From Ostreococcus lucimarinus (lineage: Eukaryota), in the NCBI GenBank assembly GCA_000092065.1, contig CP000593.1: a stretch of 64,000 nucleotides of DNA. One strand, given 5' to 3'. The position numbers and the translations under genes are program-made. Positions within the stretch are counted from its first letter, which is position 1, and each line of letters starts with the position of its first letter. The notes below the pieces were generated by a model. It was not told the DNA's origin. It saw only the letters and a program-made list of their open reading frames with translations, and made no database searches. Below, one piece after another: positions 9,694-19,564 of the stretch.

Positions 9694-11725
9694 CTATCCA
9701 CGCTTTGCGCCGCAAAAGGCGCAAAATTTCGCCGCGGGCTTGTCGAAGCCGACGCCGCAGGAGATACAAAACTTTGCGCCGCGAGACGCGCCGGCGGTGG
9801 CGCGTCCGATGCCGGGCGCGAGCGTCTCGCAGTCGGCGCCGAGAGGAGTCTGATCGAGGAATTCGGGCTCTGGGATGCCTCGGGTGTCGCAAACGCGACA
9901 GGCGAATAAGGAACCGGCATCCATGCGACCGGGCTCGGCGCGCGTGGTGACAAAGAGTGTGTCGAGTTCGGGGCCGCCGAGCGTGACGGAGGTGGGCGCC
10001 TTGACGGGGAGCTCGACGACGAGGTCGACGGCGCCTTGCGGGGTGATGCGAATGACTTGACCGGCGCCGGAAATCGCAGCCCACAAGTTACCGTCTTCGT
10101 CGCACTGCGCGCCATCGGGTCCGCCGCTCATCGAGCTCGGGAGCTCGTAGAGAAGGCGACGATTGGACGGTCCGACGCGAGAGTCGTAGTCGAACTGGTA
10201 AATTTTCCGCGTCGGTGTATCGCAGAAAAACATCGTCGTTCCCGATCTCGAGAAGCAAATGCAGTTGCTGCACCTGAATTTGTAGTCCAGAATTTCTTCC
10301 AACTCGCCTCCGTTTCCGGGCAGGCGCCATAATCCGCCGATGGGCGCCGCGTCAACGCGGTGGGCGTTGTTGTACGAACCGATGACAAAGGAGCCGGCTC
10401 GGTCGACTCGCCCGTCGTTCGGGCGCGTGTTCAATCCAGGTTCGAACTCGCTCAAGAGCTTCAACTTCTTCGTCGACGGGTCGAATGCGTGGAGTCCAGA
10501 CTCTAAACCGAGGAGCAAGGTGCCGTTAGACCGAAGCGCGACGCAGCCGAGCGTCTCTCCGAAGTTGTTTCGTGTGGGCGCCGACTTCAAGTCCCACGAA
10601 AACAACGTACCGCTCGGTGCGTCGACCCAGTAAAGGGTCTGACGTTCTTGCGACCATATCGGAGACTCGCCGAGTTGCATGCCGCAAGGAACGACTTCTT
10701 CGGCCCAGAGCTTTTGCGGTCCTACGGGGGATTCGTCAAAGTTGAAGATTCTGCCAAACTGCTCGGCGTTGAGCGAGGCCCCGCCGACGAGGCAACCATC
10801 GACGTCCGGCGCCTGCATGAGCTCATCCACCGTTTCTGGCTTCACGCTACCACCGTACTGAATTTGAATTTTCGCCGCCACGGATTCGCCGTAATTCGTT
10901 CGGAACCATTGGCGAATGCCCGCGTGAACTGACTGGGCGATCGCCGGCGTCGCCGTTAATCCCGTGCCGATGGCCCACACGGGCTCGTACGCGATGATAA
11001 CCTTGGACATTTCATCCGCTTCTACACCGCTGAGCGCCGCGCTGAGTTGCCTGTTGCAGACCTTTTTCGCCTCACCTCGTTCGTACTCTTCCTTCGTTTC
11101 GCCGATGCACAGTACCGCGGTCATGCCGCAGTCGAGCGTCTTTCGAGTCTTGAGTCGCGTCATCTCATCCGTCTCCCCGAAAAGTTCTCGGCGTTCAGAG
11201 TGCCCGATGAGCACGTGCGTGCACCCCACGCTCTTCGCCATTTCCGCGCTCATCTCCCCCGTGAACGCACCCGAGGCTTCGAAGTAAATATTCTGAGCCC
11301 CCACGGCGACGCCGCTTCCCTCCAACTACGTTTAGGATAACGTTAACGTTCGCGTCAGTCCATCGTCCGAGTTCGCGCGCGCGCCCGCGCTTCGACTCAT
11401 CCCGCGCGAGTCCGCGTAACTATGACTATGAATTTCAAAAGCAGCAGCCCCGGTAGAGGACCGGCTTCAATTCTCAACAATGTGTAAAGTCTCTTCATCC
11501 TCGCTCGATTCGGATAGAATCGCGTTCCTTCGTCGCGTCGCGCGTTCGCTTCGTTCGTACCGTTCTCGCCACCTCAGCCGCAAACGGCGCCGGCGGACAC
11601 ACAAAAACCTCTGTTTTACTCTTATTCGTCCCGATTCCACCGTCTCGCGCCGCCGCGCCGACCAACGCCGCCAACGTCCTCGCCTCGTCCAGCGTCTTCG
11701 GGTTGAGCTTCCAATTCCCCGCCAT
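9694..11725 (-). CDS. fusion protein: triosephosphate isomerase + SMP-30/gluconolactonase/LRE-like (SGL) domain + C-terminal Cys4 zinc ribbon (2 exons: 11725..11561, 11325..9694)
   Basis: Exon 1 (tail of track ORF 11495..12193) MAGNWKLNPK...EVFVCPPAPFAAEVART. Donor acg|GTACGA, acceptor tAG|TTGGAG. Exon 2 (track ORF 9694..11325) LEGSGVAVGAQNIYFEASGAFTGE...GHSERR...AYEPVWAIGTG...IQYGGSV...GGASLNAEQFGRIFNF. The same ORF continues without a stop into EVVPCGMQLGESPIWSQERQTLYWVD...DGNLWAAISGAGQVIRITP (regucalcin-like) and ends FCISCGVGFDKPAAKFCAFCGAK. Upstream in-frame ATGs at 11797 or 12010 could add an organelle presequence. Confidence 0.7.
11326..11560 (-). other. intron (235 nt) of TPI-SGL gene
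   Basis: Removes a stop and restores the exact TPI spacing (ARQKLDPK-IAVAAQ in human vs ART-LEGSG-VAVGAQ here). Branch-like GGACTGACGC about 30 nt upstream of the acceptor. Confidence 0.55.
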
Positions 11726-12075
11726 GACCGCGTTTCTCTTCCCTCGCCCGCTCTCATCGCGCGCGCCGACCTCCGCGCGCACGCTCGCCATCGCCATGGA
11801 CCTTTCGAGCGCATCGATCGCCTCCGCGCGCTCCCCCGGCGCTCTCAGCGCGTCATCTTTCGTCGCCGCCGGCGATTCTCGGCGGCGGTTGAATCGATCG
11901 AACACGCCCGCGCGCGTCGTCGCGCGTCGACCCCGTCGCGCCGCGCGCGTCGTCGCCGCGCTCGCGCCCGCGCTTCGCCCGCGCATCGCGCTCTGCCGCG
12001 CGCCGAGCATCGCGACGTCGCGCGCGCGCGTCGTCGTGTGTCGAGCGCGGTCGCCAGTGCGCGACGCGACGCGCG

Positions 12076-14136
12076 ATGCGCGCGGCGCGCGCGCGGACCG
12101 GCGCGATCGGCGCGCGCGCGACGCGGCGCGCGTCGTCGACGCGCGCGCGTCGCGACGCGGCGCGCATCGGCGCGTCCGCGGCGTCGAAATCATCGTCGCC
12201 GTCGTCCGAGAGGGACGACATCGGCGCGGACGGCGCCGGCGTCGCCGTCGTCGGCGTCGGCGCGCGCGGGTGCGCGCTCGTCGACGCGCTCGTCGACGCC
12301 AGAGCGCTGCCGAGGGCGGAGATGTGGGCGATGCACGCGGACGAGGACGCGCTCGAGCGCTCGCGCGCGGCGAACCGGTGGCGGTTGCCGCCGGCGAACG
12401 TCGAGGCGACGACGACGGCGATCGAGGGCAACGCGGCGAGCGCGGCGAGAGCGGTGATGGCGATGGGAGCGCCGAGGGTGATGGTGGTCGTGTGCGCGGG
12501 AGGGGAGGCGGTGGAGAGCGCGACGGCGTTTACGCGATGGGCGACGCGGGAGAAGAACGCGCGAGCGAAGAAGAAACGGTTTTTTGGATTCAAGGGAGCG
12601 AATCGCGCGCCGGAGGGTGAGATCATGATCGCGGGGGTGATCGAACCGTTCACGTTCGAGGGAAGGCGGAAGCAACGCGGGTGCGATGAGTTTTTGAGAG
12701 CGTGCGCGGAGCCGGGGGCGTGCGACGCGGCGCTGACGGTGTCGCAGTCCGAGCTGTTGAAGAACGGAGAGGATGGAATGTCCGTGCAAGACGCGACGTC
12801 GATCGCGGATGCGTCTTTGTTGTACGCCGTGCTGAGCGCGGTGGAATCGCTCCGATCGAGCTGCTGGAGCTCGGGCGGGGAACGCGACGCGAGCGACGTC
12901 GACGCGTGGACGCCTCAAATCGAAAAGGGTGGGCGTCTTCGGGCGAAGGTGAACGATGTCATGTCGTCTCACGGTGGTGGGTGCGGCGTCGCGCACGTAG
13001 GTCGCGGTGTCGCCGATGTGCCGACGTACGGAAGCGCGGACGAGGCGATCGCCGCCGCCGCGCGCGCCGCCATCGCGACGGCGGCGCGGCAGAGTCCTTT
13101 TCTGGCTCCCGGGCGCTTCGACACCGCTCGATTGGTCATCTGCACCGTGAAGCACGGCAACGCGTTTGGACCGCTCGCGCGCGCGACGATTTCTCAAGCG
13201 CTGAGTGAACTCACGAGTGCGGAACAATTCATTTCAATCGCGAATCCAGACAAGAGAGGCTCGACCGAAGTGGAAGTGACCCTGCTCACCGTCACCGACG
13301 CCGAAACGGCGGCGGCACCGGCGCCGGAATCAAAGACCGTTCCCGTCGTGTCCGAGGACCCACTGCATAAGTCGAATCCGATGCTGTTCGTGCCTGGATA
13401 CGTTGCCGGCGAAGAGCAGACAAAGCGTAAGACGACGAAGCTTTCGCGGGACGATTTGAAAAATTTCGGTAACGACGACACGCAAGCGATTGTCGCCACG
13501 GAAGAGCGCGCCGTAATTTTCACCTCCGATCAACTCGCGACGACTGCCGTCATCGCACCGGAAGTAACCGGCGCTGAGCGCTCTTCACGCTCCGCTGCGC
13601 TTCCTCTCCCGCGCGACTTCGCCACCAAGCAAGTCACCGTGCGCGTCAGCGAACCGCGGATGGACGAGTCTGGTAACGTCATCGGCTACAAGACGTTGCA
13701 AGGCGAGGAACCGGACAAAAAGTCTTCACCGGTCAAAACTCTGTTTGGGTGGCGACCCGACAAACCCAAAAAGCAAGAAAAATCTGAACTCTCCAGGCGC
13801 GCGCTCGGCATGCTCGAACAAGACGGGAAAAGAAGAGGAGCCGCCGTTCGAATGGAATTCGCCAACACCTCCGTCTACGAAGGCGAATGGGCGGACGGAA
13901 AACGCGAGGGTGTCGGTCGTCAAGTATTTGCGGACGGTGATTGGTACGAGGGGAATTGGTTTGCAGATCTCCCGGACGGGAAAGGGAAGCTTAGCTTCAA
14001 GACGGGAGAAAACAGCTTCTTTGAAGGCATGTTCAACGCGGGCGTGCCGGATGGCCCGGGTAAGCTCGTGCGCACATCGGGCGACGAGCTCGTCGGCATG
14101 TGGCGCGACGGTGCGTACGTGGACGAGGAGAATTAG
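12076..14136 (+). CDS. ARC3: ARC3-like plastid-division protein (degenerate FtsZ-like GTPase domain + C-terminal MORN repeats)
   Basis: FtsZ-like segments VAVVGVGARGCALVDAL, MVVVCAGGEAVES (degenerate GGGTGTG), IAGVIEPFTFEGRRKQ...DAALTVSQSELL. C-terminus YEGEWADGKREGVGRQVFADGDWYEGNWFADLPDGKGKLSF (MORN). ATG at 12076. Confidence 0.6.
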   Translation: MRAARARTGAIGARATRRASSTRARRDAARIGASAASKSSSPSSERDDIGADGAGVAVVGVGARGCALVDALVDARALPRAEMWAMHADEDALERSRAANRWRLPPANVEATTTAIEGNAASAARAVMAMGAPRVMVVVCAGGEAVESATAFTRWATREKNARAKKKRFFGFKGANRAPEGEIMIAGVIEPFTFEGRRKQRGCDEFLRACAEPGACDAALTVSQSELLKNGEDGMSVQDATSIADASLLYAVLSAVESLRSSCWSSGGERDASDVDAWTPQIEKGGRLRAKVNDVMSSHGGGCGVAHVGRGVADVPTYGSADEAIAAAARAAIATAARQSPFLAPGRFDTARLVICTVKHGNAFGPLARATISQALSELTSAEQFISIANPDKRGSTEVEVTLLTVTDAETAAAPAPESKTVPVVSEDPLHKSNPMLFVPGYVAGEEQTKRKTTKLSRDDLKNFGNDDTQAIVATEERAVIFTSDQLATTAVIAPEVTGAERSSRSAALPLPRDFATKQVTVRVSEPRMDESGNVIGYKTLQGEEPDKKSSPVKTLFGWRPDKPKKQEKSELSRRALGMLEQDGKRRGAAVRMEFANTSVYEGEWADGKREGVGRQVFADGDWYEGNWFADLPDGKGKLSFKTGENSFFEGMFNAGVPDGPGKLVRTSGDELVGMWRDGAYVDEEN

Positions 14137-14181
14137 GCAGCGCGCTCTGTATGTAATTACACGGTATTATTCTGACACGAC

Positions 14182-15393
14182 TCAAAACTTTTCAAGTCGG
14201 CGATCGGCGCACACGTCTGTGAGCGTGCGCAGAACGTTGGGGCGAGCCAAGATGACGCTCCCGACATCGGACTTGGAGAACTCCAAAACCCAAACGTTTC
14301 CATCGCCTTCGTACGGCGCCATGACCGTCGCTCGACGCTCTTCGCCAGTCATGAGCGCGATTTCGCCGAAGAAATCGCCCGCGAGCATGGTGGCCACTTG
14401 CAACGGTTCGCCTCGATTCTTCGCCGCGTCCGTCACGACGACGTGCATTTTCCCTAATACGACGACAAACATCGAGGTACCGCGCTCGCCTTGACGCACC
14501 ACGCGCGCACCACGTCTCACGAAGCAACATTTCGAGCCGTCGAGCATGTCGCCGATGGACAAATCGTCGAGCGTGCCGAACAGCTTCGGCGCCGTCGCGC
14601 GCAAATGCGACAACCACTTCTGCCGCGACCACTTCCGCGGATCCTCCGCCTTACCCATAGACGACGAAGGCGACAGCGTCTTCTTCTTTTCAAACTTCGA
14701 AACCGTATTCGCCGCCGTCGACGCTTCCACCTCCGGCCCGACGCGTCCCAACCGCGGCAGCGACGCCGCGAATTCATTCTCCTCGTTCGCTATTTCACCG
14801 TAATTCACCGTCGCCGCGGGCGCGCGCGCGTGCGTCTGCTGTCGTCGCGCCGTCGGCGATTCCGACCGCGACGGCGGCGCGCTCAAACGTTTCTCTCTCG
14901 CTCGTCGCCCCTCGTCGTCGTCCGCCGCCGCCTCCTCGCGCGTCTCGCGCGTCCCCTTCCCGACCACCGCCGTCGTCCCCGCGCTCGCGCCCCGCGCCAA
15001 TCGCACCGTCAGCGCCTCGATCTTCGCGCTCTGGTCGTCGATCGCCGTCGTCACGTCGTTCACCACCGCGTCGTAAATCTTCGGCACGCTTCGCGAAATC
15101 CAAGCCAACTTCCCATTCATCCTGATCTGCGTCTCCTGCATCGCCGTCAGCGTCTCCAACACCGCGCGCTGCGCGTCCATCGACGTCTCGCGTCGCCTCG
15201 CGTCGTCGTCGTCGTCGCGGCGCGTCGTCGTCGTCGCGCGCGCGCGCGCGTCGCCGTCGAACGCGGCGCCGTGGATCGCCGTCTTCGTCGCCGCCTCGCG
15301 CGCGCGATCGCGCACGGCGCGACGACGATCGAGGGCGAGGGCGTCGTCGCCGTCGAGGGCGTCGTCGAGGGCGATCGCGGCGTCGGCGCGCAT
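14182..15393 (-). CDS. cyclic-nucleotide-binding domain protein with N-terminal coiled-coil region
   Basis: C-terminal cNMP-binding fold: GDMLDGSKCCFVRRGARVVRQGERGTSMFVVVLG...GDFFGEIALMTGEERRATVMA. Start uncertain (5' half is partly low complexity). Confidence 0.55.
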   Translation of the reverse strand: MRADAAIALDDALDGDDALALDRRRAVRDRAREAATKTAIHGAAFDGDARARATTTTRRDDDDDARRRETSMDAQRAVLETLTAMQETQIRMNGKLAWISRSVPKIYDAVVNDVTTAIDDQSAKIEALTVRLARGASAGTTAVVGKGTRETREEAAADDDEGRRAREKRLSAPPSRSESPTARRQQTHARAPAATVNYGEIANEENEFAASLPRLGRVGPEVEASTAANTVSKFEKKKTLSPSSSMGKAEDPRKWSRQKWLSHLRATAPKLFGTLDDLSIGDMLDGSKCCFVRRGARVVRQGERGTSMFVVVLGKMHVVVTDAAKNRGEPLQVATMLAGDFFGEIALMTGEERRATVMAPYEGDGNVWVLEFSKSDVGSVILARPNVLRTLTDVCADRRLEKF

Positions 15394-15550
15394 CGCGCGC
15401 GCGGCGACGCGTCGCGACGTGTCGCGATGCGTCGCGATTCTCTCGTGGTTGTTATAGAGGGTTTAGTCGGTTAAATGCGTAACCGGAACGTTTCGGAATT
15501 TATACCGGCGTCGCGACCGCCGGCGGCGGCGCCACACCGACGCGCGCACG

Positions 15551-16241
15551 ATGGGCAAGGAAAAGACCCCGAAGAAGGACAAGAAGGAGAAGACGCCCAA
15601 AAAGGACAAGTCCGCGTCGCCCGGCGGCGACAGCGAGGACGAGGGCGACGGCGCGCTGCGTCCGACGGCGCCGATCGCGACGCCGCTCGCGGATTTGAAG
15701 ACGACGAAAAAGATACTCAAAGTGGTGAAAAAGGGTGCGCGCGACGCGACGCGCGACGCGAACGCGCGCGACGCGAGTCGTTCGACCGTTGTGCGCGAAC
15801 GGGGGGCGAAAGAGGGCGAACGCGCGCGCGGAGGGGGGGAATGGGAGAATTGTTGAGAATTCGGGACGCAAAGCGACGACTGACGAGACGACGGGCGAAC
15901 GCGAAACAGCGGCCAAGGCGAAGCAGGTGAGACGAGGGGTGAAAGAGGTCGTCAAGGCGTTGAAGAAGGAAACCAAGGGTGTGTGCGTGATCGCTGGGGA
16001 TATCTCGCCCATCGACGTCATCACGCACGTGCCGATTCTGTGCGAGGAGGCGGGCGTGCCGTACGTGTACGTGCACAGTAAGGAAGAGCTCGGTGCGGCT
16101 GGTATGACAAAAAGACCGACGTCGGTGATGCTCGTGATGCCGGAGGGCGTGAAGGGGAGCGTGAAGATGAGTTCGAGCGATAAAAAGGAATTCGACGACA
16201 TGTACGAGAAGATTCTCGCGAAGGTGAAATCGATGAAGTAA
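15551..16241 (+). CDS. NHP2: H/ACA ribonucleoprotein subunit NHP2 (L7Ae family) (2 exons: 15551..15734, 15910..16241)
   Basis: Exon 1 MGKEKTPKKDKK...PIATPLADLKTTKKILKVVKK, ending in codon phase 1 before GTGCGC. Exon 2 (g)cg AAKAKQVRRGVKEVVKALKKETKGVCVIAGDISPIDVITHVPILCEEAGVPYVYVHSKEELG. The splice reproduces the exact spacing of human NHP2 (KCIKKAVKQKQIRRGVKEV). Confidence 0.8.
15735..15909 (+). other. intron (175 nt) of NHP2
   Basis: Donor G|GTGCGC, acceptor aaacAG. Branch-like cgACTGACga about 35 nt upstream of the acceptor. Confidence 0.55.
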
Positions 16242-16310
16242 AATTTAATTGGTTGAACGAGGATGACGACGGACGAACGCGTCGGCATCGTATTTTGATA
16301 GTTCGATAAG

Positions 16311-16315
16311 TGTAA
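16311..16315 (+). terminator. putative TGTAA polyadenylation signal (NHP2)
   Basis: TGTAA about 70 nt after the stop (16239-16241), in the AT-rich spacer between convergent genes. Confidence 0.3.
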
Positions 16316-16409
16316 TGTATACCAAACGTTTACTACGATGACCACCGGGAGCACGAACCGGGAGACGCTACGAGTCTAAAGAAATAATGATGCGCGGCGA
16401 CGCCTCGCG

Positions 16410-17207
16410 CTAAAACATGAACCGCTTCTTCGACGACTTACGCCTGACGACGCCGGCGAAATCATCGTCATCGCCATTGCCGCCGACGACATTTTGCGTC
16501 TTCTTCGCCTCCTCTTCCGCCTCTAAACTTTTCGCCATGGCGGTTAACGCGTCCTCCTCTTCATCGCTCTCCGCGCGTCGCTTCCTCCTATTCGCCTGCG
16601 CGCTCCTCGCCTTGGCCTCTGCAGCGCGTTTCTTCGCCGCGTCTTCCCTCTGTTTACGCATCTCATCCGCATACGTCTCCGCATCCACCTTTTCTTGCGC
16701 TTTCGCCCTCGCTCGCATCGCCTCCGGGTCGCGTTTACACTTTTCCTTAAACGCTCGCTCCGCCGCCGCGCGCAGCACCTCCGCCCGTCGCACCGGATCC
16801 TTAAACATCTTCTGCGTCTCCCCGATCGCATCGAAAGCTTTCCTCGCGTCCGCCGCTCTGTTCTTATCCGGGTGCACCCGCAGCGACGCTTTACGAAACG
16901 CTCGGTTCAGCTCCGCGTCGCCGACGTCCCACACCGCCCGTCCCAAGTCATCGCAATCCGGTCGACGCACGTTCAAGCACGCGAAGTAATCCTTCGCCGC
17001 GTGCTTCTCGAGCACGAACGCCACGACGCTCTCGTCGTCCTCGAGCGTCGACGCGCGCTCGCGCTCCAACGGCGTCGGCGTCGGCGTCGCCGCGTCGTCA
17101 TCGGCGGCGGCGGCATCCTCGATGCGACGCCGCACGCGCTCGCGAAACGCGTCGTCGTCCTCGTCGCGCGCGCATCGCGCCGTCATCATCCTATCGAACG
17201 CGTCCAT
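16410..17207 (-). CDS. DnaJ (J-domain) protein
   Basis: J domain DYFACLNV...AELNRAFRKASLRVHPDKN...AFDAIGETQKMFKDPVRRAE, followed by a charged Lys/Glu/Ala-rich tail. First ATG at 17207 (the track ORF starts further upstream at a non-ATG codon). Confidence 0.75.
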   Translation of the reverse strand: MDAFDRMMTARCARDEDDDAFRERVRRRIEDAAAADDDAATPTPTPLERERASTLEDDESVVAFVLEKHAAKDYFACLNVRRPDCDDLGRAVWDVGDAELNRAFRKASLRVHPDKNRAADARKAFDAIGETQKMFKDPVRRAEVLRAAAERAFKEKCKRDPEAMRARAKAQEKVDAETYADEMRKQREDAAKKRAAEAKARSAQANRRKRRAESDEEEDALTAMAKSLEAEEEAKKTQNVVGGNGDDDDFAGVVRRKSSKKRFMF

Positions 17208-17308
17208 GACGCCCCACACGCCGCCGACGCGCGCGCGGCGGCGTGTGGGGCGCGAGGGGAACCAAAGCGGCGATTGTTCGCGAACGGCACACATCGACGC
17301 GCGCCGGC

Positions 17309-19540
17309 ATGCCCGCGCGTCCGTGGCGCCCGGCCGAGCACACACGGCAGCGAGCGATTTTTCACGACCTCGGGAACGCGCCGTATCGCCGACGGGAGTC
17401 GTTCGACGCGGAGAAGTTGGCGGATGAGTTGGCGAATTTGCGTCGGGCGAATCGACATCGGTCGGATGACGACGGCGGCGACGACGGCGGCGGCGACGAT
17501 GGGCTCAAGCGCGAGCGCGCGTTGATGACGAATGAACGCGTGCGAGCGTTGGAGACGCGCGCGAGGGACGCGAGCGAGGTCGCGCGAAGGGAGACGGAAA
17601 AGCGAGAGATGCAGGAGCGGGCGTTGGAGCGCGCGAACGCGAACGCGCGAAGAGGCGAGGTGAGCGAGCGGTTGAAGCGACACGCGGAGCGCGAGGTATT
17701 GGAGTTGACGCGAGAGTTAGAGACGGTGCGGATGAAGGCGGACGAGGAGCGAGACGCGTTGGAGCGGTGCGTGGAAGAGATGAAGGCGACGCACGAGTCG
17801 AGCCTGGCGAAGGCGCAGACGGCGGAGGCACAGGCGGCGGGAGAGGCGAAGGAGTTGCTCGAGGTCAAGGCACGATTGGAGGAGGAGCGCGATGCGACGA
17901 CGAAAAAGAACGCTGCGCTCGAGGGTGAGTTGGCGAGCGTTGGGACGTGTTTGAAAGAGACTGAGGCGTCGTTGAAAGCGGTGAGCGAGGCCAAGGCGAG
18001 CGCGGACGATGAGCTTAGCGAAGCGCGCGAGGAGATGGCGCGCTTGCGAGACGAATTGGAACGAACGGCGGAGTCAAATAGGTCAAACGAGCGGGAACTA
18101 CGTGAGTCGCGACGAAAGGCTGAGGCTTTCGCCGCAGCCGTGCACAGCGCGAGAGGAAACGATAGCGCTGCGCGAGCGATGATGCGTGATAGCGTCCTCA
18201 CGTTCGCTCGATTGGAAGATGCGGCGAACTCTCGGGAGATACAAATTTTGAAGGAGCATCACGCGGCTATAGTCGAACGCATGCAAGAAGAATTCGCCGT
18301 CGCTTTAGCGGATGTCAAAGCGAACACGGGCGCTGTAGCGCACAGTACGGTGGATGAGTCGCAGCGAGTGAAGCGCACCATGAAGGGCATGGAAGAGGAC
18401 GCGCGTGAGGCGGTGTGCAACGCCAGACGCCGGGAAGAAGAAGCAAACGCCGTCGCCGCCAAGCTTCGCGAAGAATTGGTGATGACCAAAGCTAGGTTGA
18501 ACTCGATGATAGAAGCCGGGGAAGGGAAACTGAATCATGCGAGCATTCGAGACGCGCAGGCCTCGCGCTTGGCGGCTGCGCAAGCACAGGCGATATGTCG
18601 CGACTTGCAAGCCGAGCTCGAGGCAGAACATGAATCAGCCGAAGCAGCACGACACGAGGCTTCGGAAACCGCGCACAAGTACTTCGCACTTCGAGACAAG
18701 TACGAGCAACGCGAAGCGCTGGTTAATCATCAAAAAGAAACCATCTCGGCGCTCAAGCGCGATAACGAACGAAGTGGCGGAGAGATCGACGAACTCAAGG
18801 CGCGATGCAAAGAGCTCAAGCTGTGCTTGCGAGACAACGAGATGACGTATTTGAACAGGCAAGATCTCACCGAGGAAGTCGAGCACTTGAATAGGATTAT
18901 CGCCGACGCAAATGTCCGGGATCGCGAACGAGCCATCGAACTTCAGCGCGAACAAGAGCGTGCGGATAATTACGCCGAGCGACTCGAGCGGTGCGAGGCC
19001 AAATTGAACGAAGAAACGAATCGAAGGATTCAAATCGAGCGCACGGCGTGTGATGCCGATAGCACGAAAGTCCGAGCCGATAGCGATGCGCTGCGTGCCG
19101 AGGCGATGACGGCGAGCGCCGTCCTACTCGAAGCCGAGGTTTTACGGCTCGCTCGAATCAACGAGCAAGCCGAAACGCGCGTCGCCGAGCTTGAAGGGCG
19201 CGTCGAACAGCTCATCGAACAAGCCGACGCTCTAGCTTCGTCGCAGAATCCAAATCAAAGCATACGATATCTGGAAAAGCTTCGGGACGAGCGAGAGATG
19301 GCTGAGAAAGACGCCGAAGAGGCGGGTAAAGCCGTGCAAAACATGAAGGCGGCGCTGCAGTTCGTCGTGTGCGCGCGACGAGAAACTCGAGACAAGGTGG
19401 TGCAGTACGCGCGCGAAGCTCGCAAGACTGGTCGAATCTACACCGAAGCGCCGGGCTTGCCTCAGGGCGTGAGCGCCGATATCTGGGCTCGAGTCGTCGA
19501 AACCGTCGCTCGCCTGAATTTAGACGCCGTCGAGTGCTGA
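17309..19540 (+). CDS. long coiled-coil protein (SMC/myosin-tail-like heptad-rich), function unknown
   Basis: 744-codon ORF from ATG 17309, dominated by E/R/A/L/K heptad-like sequence without low-complexity runs. Divergent from the DnaJ gene with about 100 bp between the starts. Confidence 0.55.
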   Translation: MPARPWRPAEHTRQRAIFHDLGNAPYRRRESFDAEKLADELANLRRANRHRSDDDGGDDGGGDDGLKRERALMTNERVRALETRARDASEVARRETEKREMQERALERANANARRGEVSERLKRHAEREVLELTRELETVRMKADEERDALERCVEEMKATHESSLAKAQTAEAQAAGEAKELLEVKARLEEERDATTKKNAALEGELASVGTCLKETEASLKAVSEAKASADDELSEAREEMARLRDELERTAESNRSNERELRESRRKAEAFAAAVHSARGNDSAARAMMRDSVLTFARLEDAANSREIQILKEHHAAIVERMQEEFAVALADVKANTGAVAHSTVDESQRVKRTMKGMEEDAREAVCNARRREEEANAVAAKLREELVMTKARLNSMIEAGEGKLNHASIRDAQASRLAAAQAQAICRDLQAELEAEHESAEAARHEASETAHKYFALRDKYEQREALVNHQKETISALKRDNERSGGEIDELKARCKELKLCLRDNEMTYLNRQDLTEEVEHLNRIIADANVRDRERAIELQREQERADNYAERLERCEAKLNEETNRRIQIERTACDADSTKVRADSDALRAEAMTASAVLLEAEVLRLARINEQAETRVAELEGRVEQLIEQADALASSQNPNQSIRYLEKLRDEREMAEKDAEEAGKAVQNMKAALQFVVCARRETRDKVVQYAREARKTGRIYTEAPGLPQGVSADIWARVVETVARLNLDAVEC

Positions 19541-19564
19541 ATCGTAGAATGTATCTAACGTATA

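Noticed and set aside
9694-11325. Interpretation of the TPI and SGL parts as two adjacent genes run together by the ORF caller.
   Set aside because: Only about 13 residues separate the end of the TPI fold from the start of the SGL fold, with no stop, no ATG and no room for a terminator or promoter. Kept as a fusion but flagged for transcript validation.
12190-13227. Long antisense or alternative-frame ORFs overlapping real genes. Examples: 12190..13227(-), 11853..12653(-), 15500..16354(-), 17362..18201(-), 25842..26681(-), 25865..26536(-), 40390..41760(+), 61479..62740(-), 55811..56568(+).
   Set aside because: They are Arg/Ala/Ser/Pro-rich low complexity, as expected from the scarcity of stop codons in about 65% GC DNA. 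They have no domain content and overlap ORFs with clear homology.
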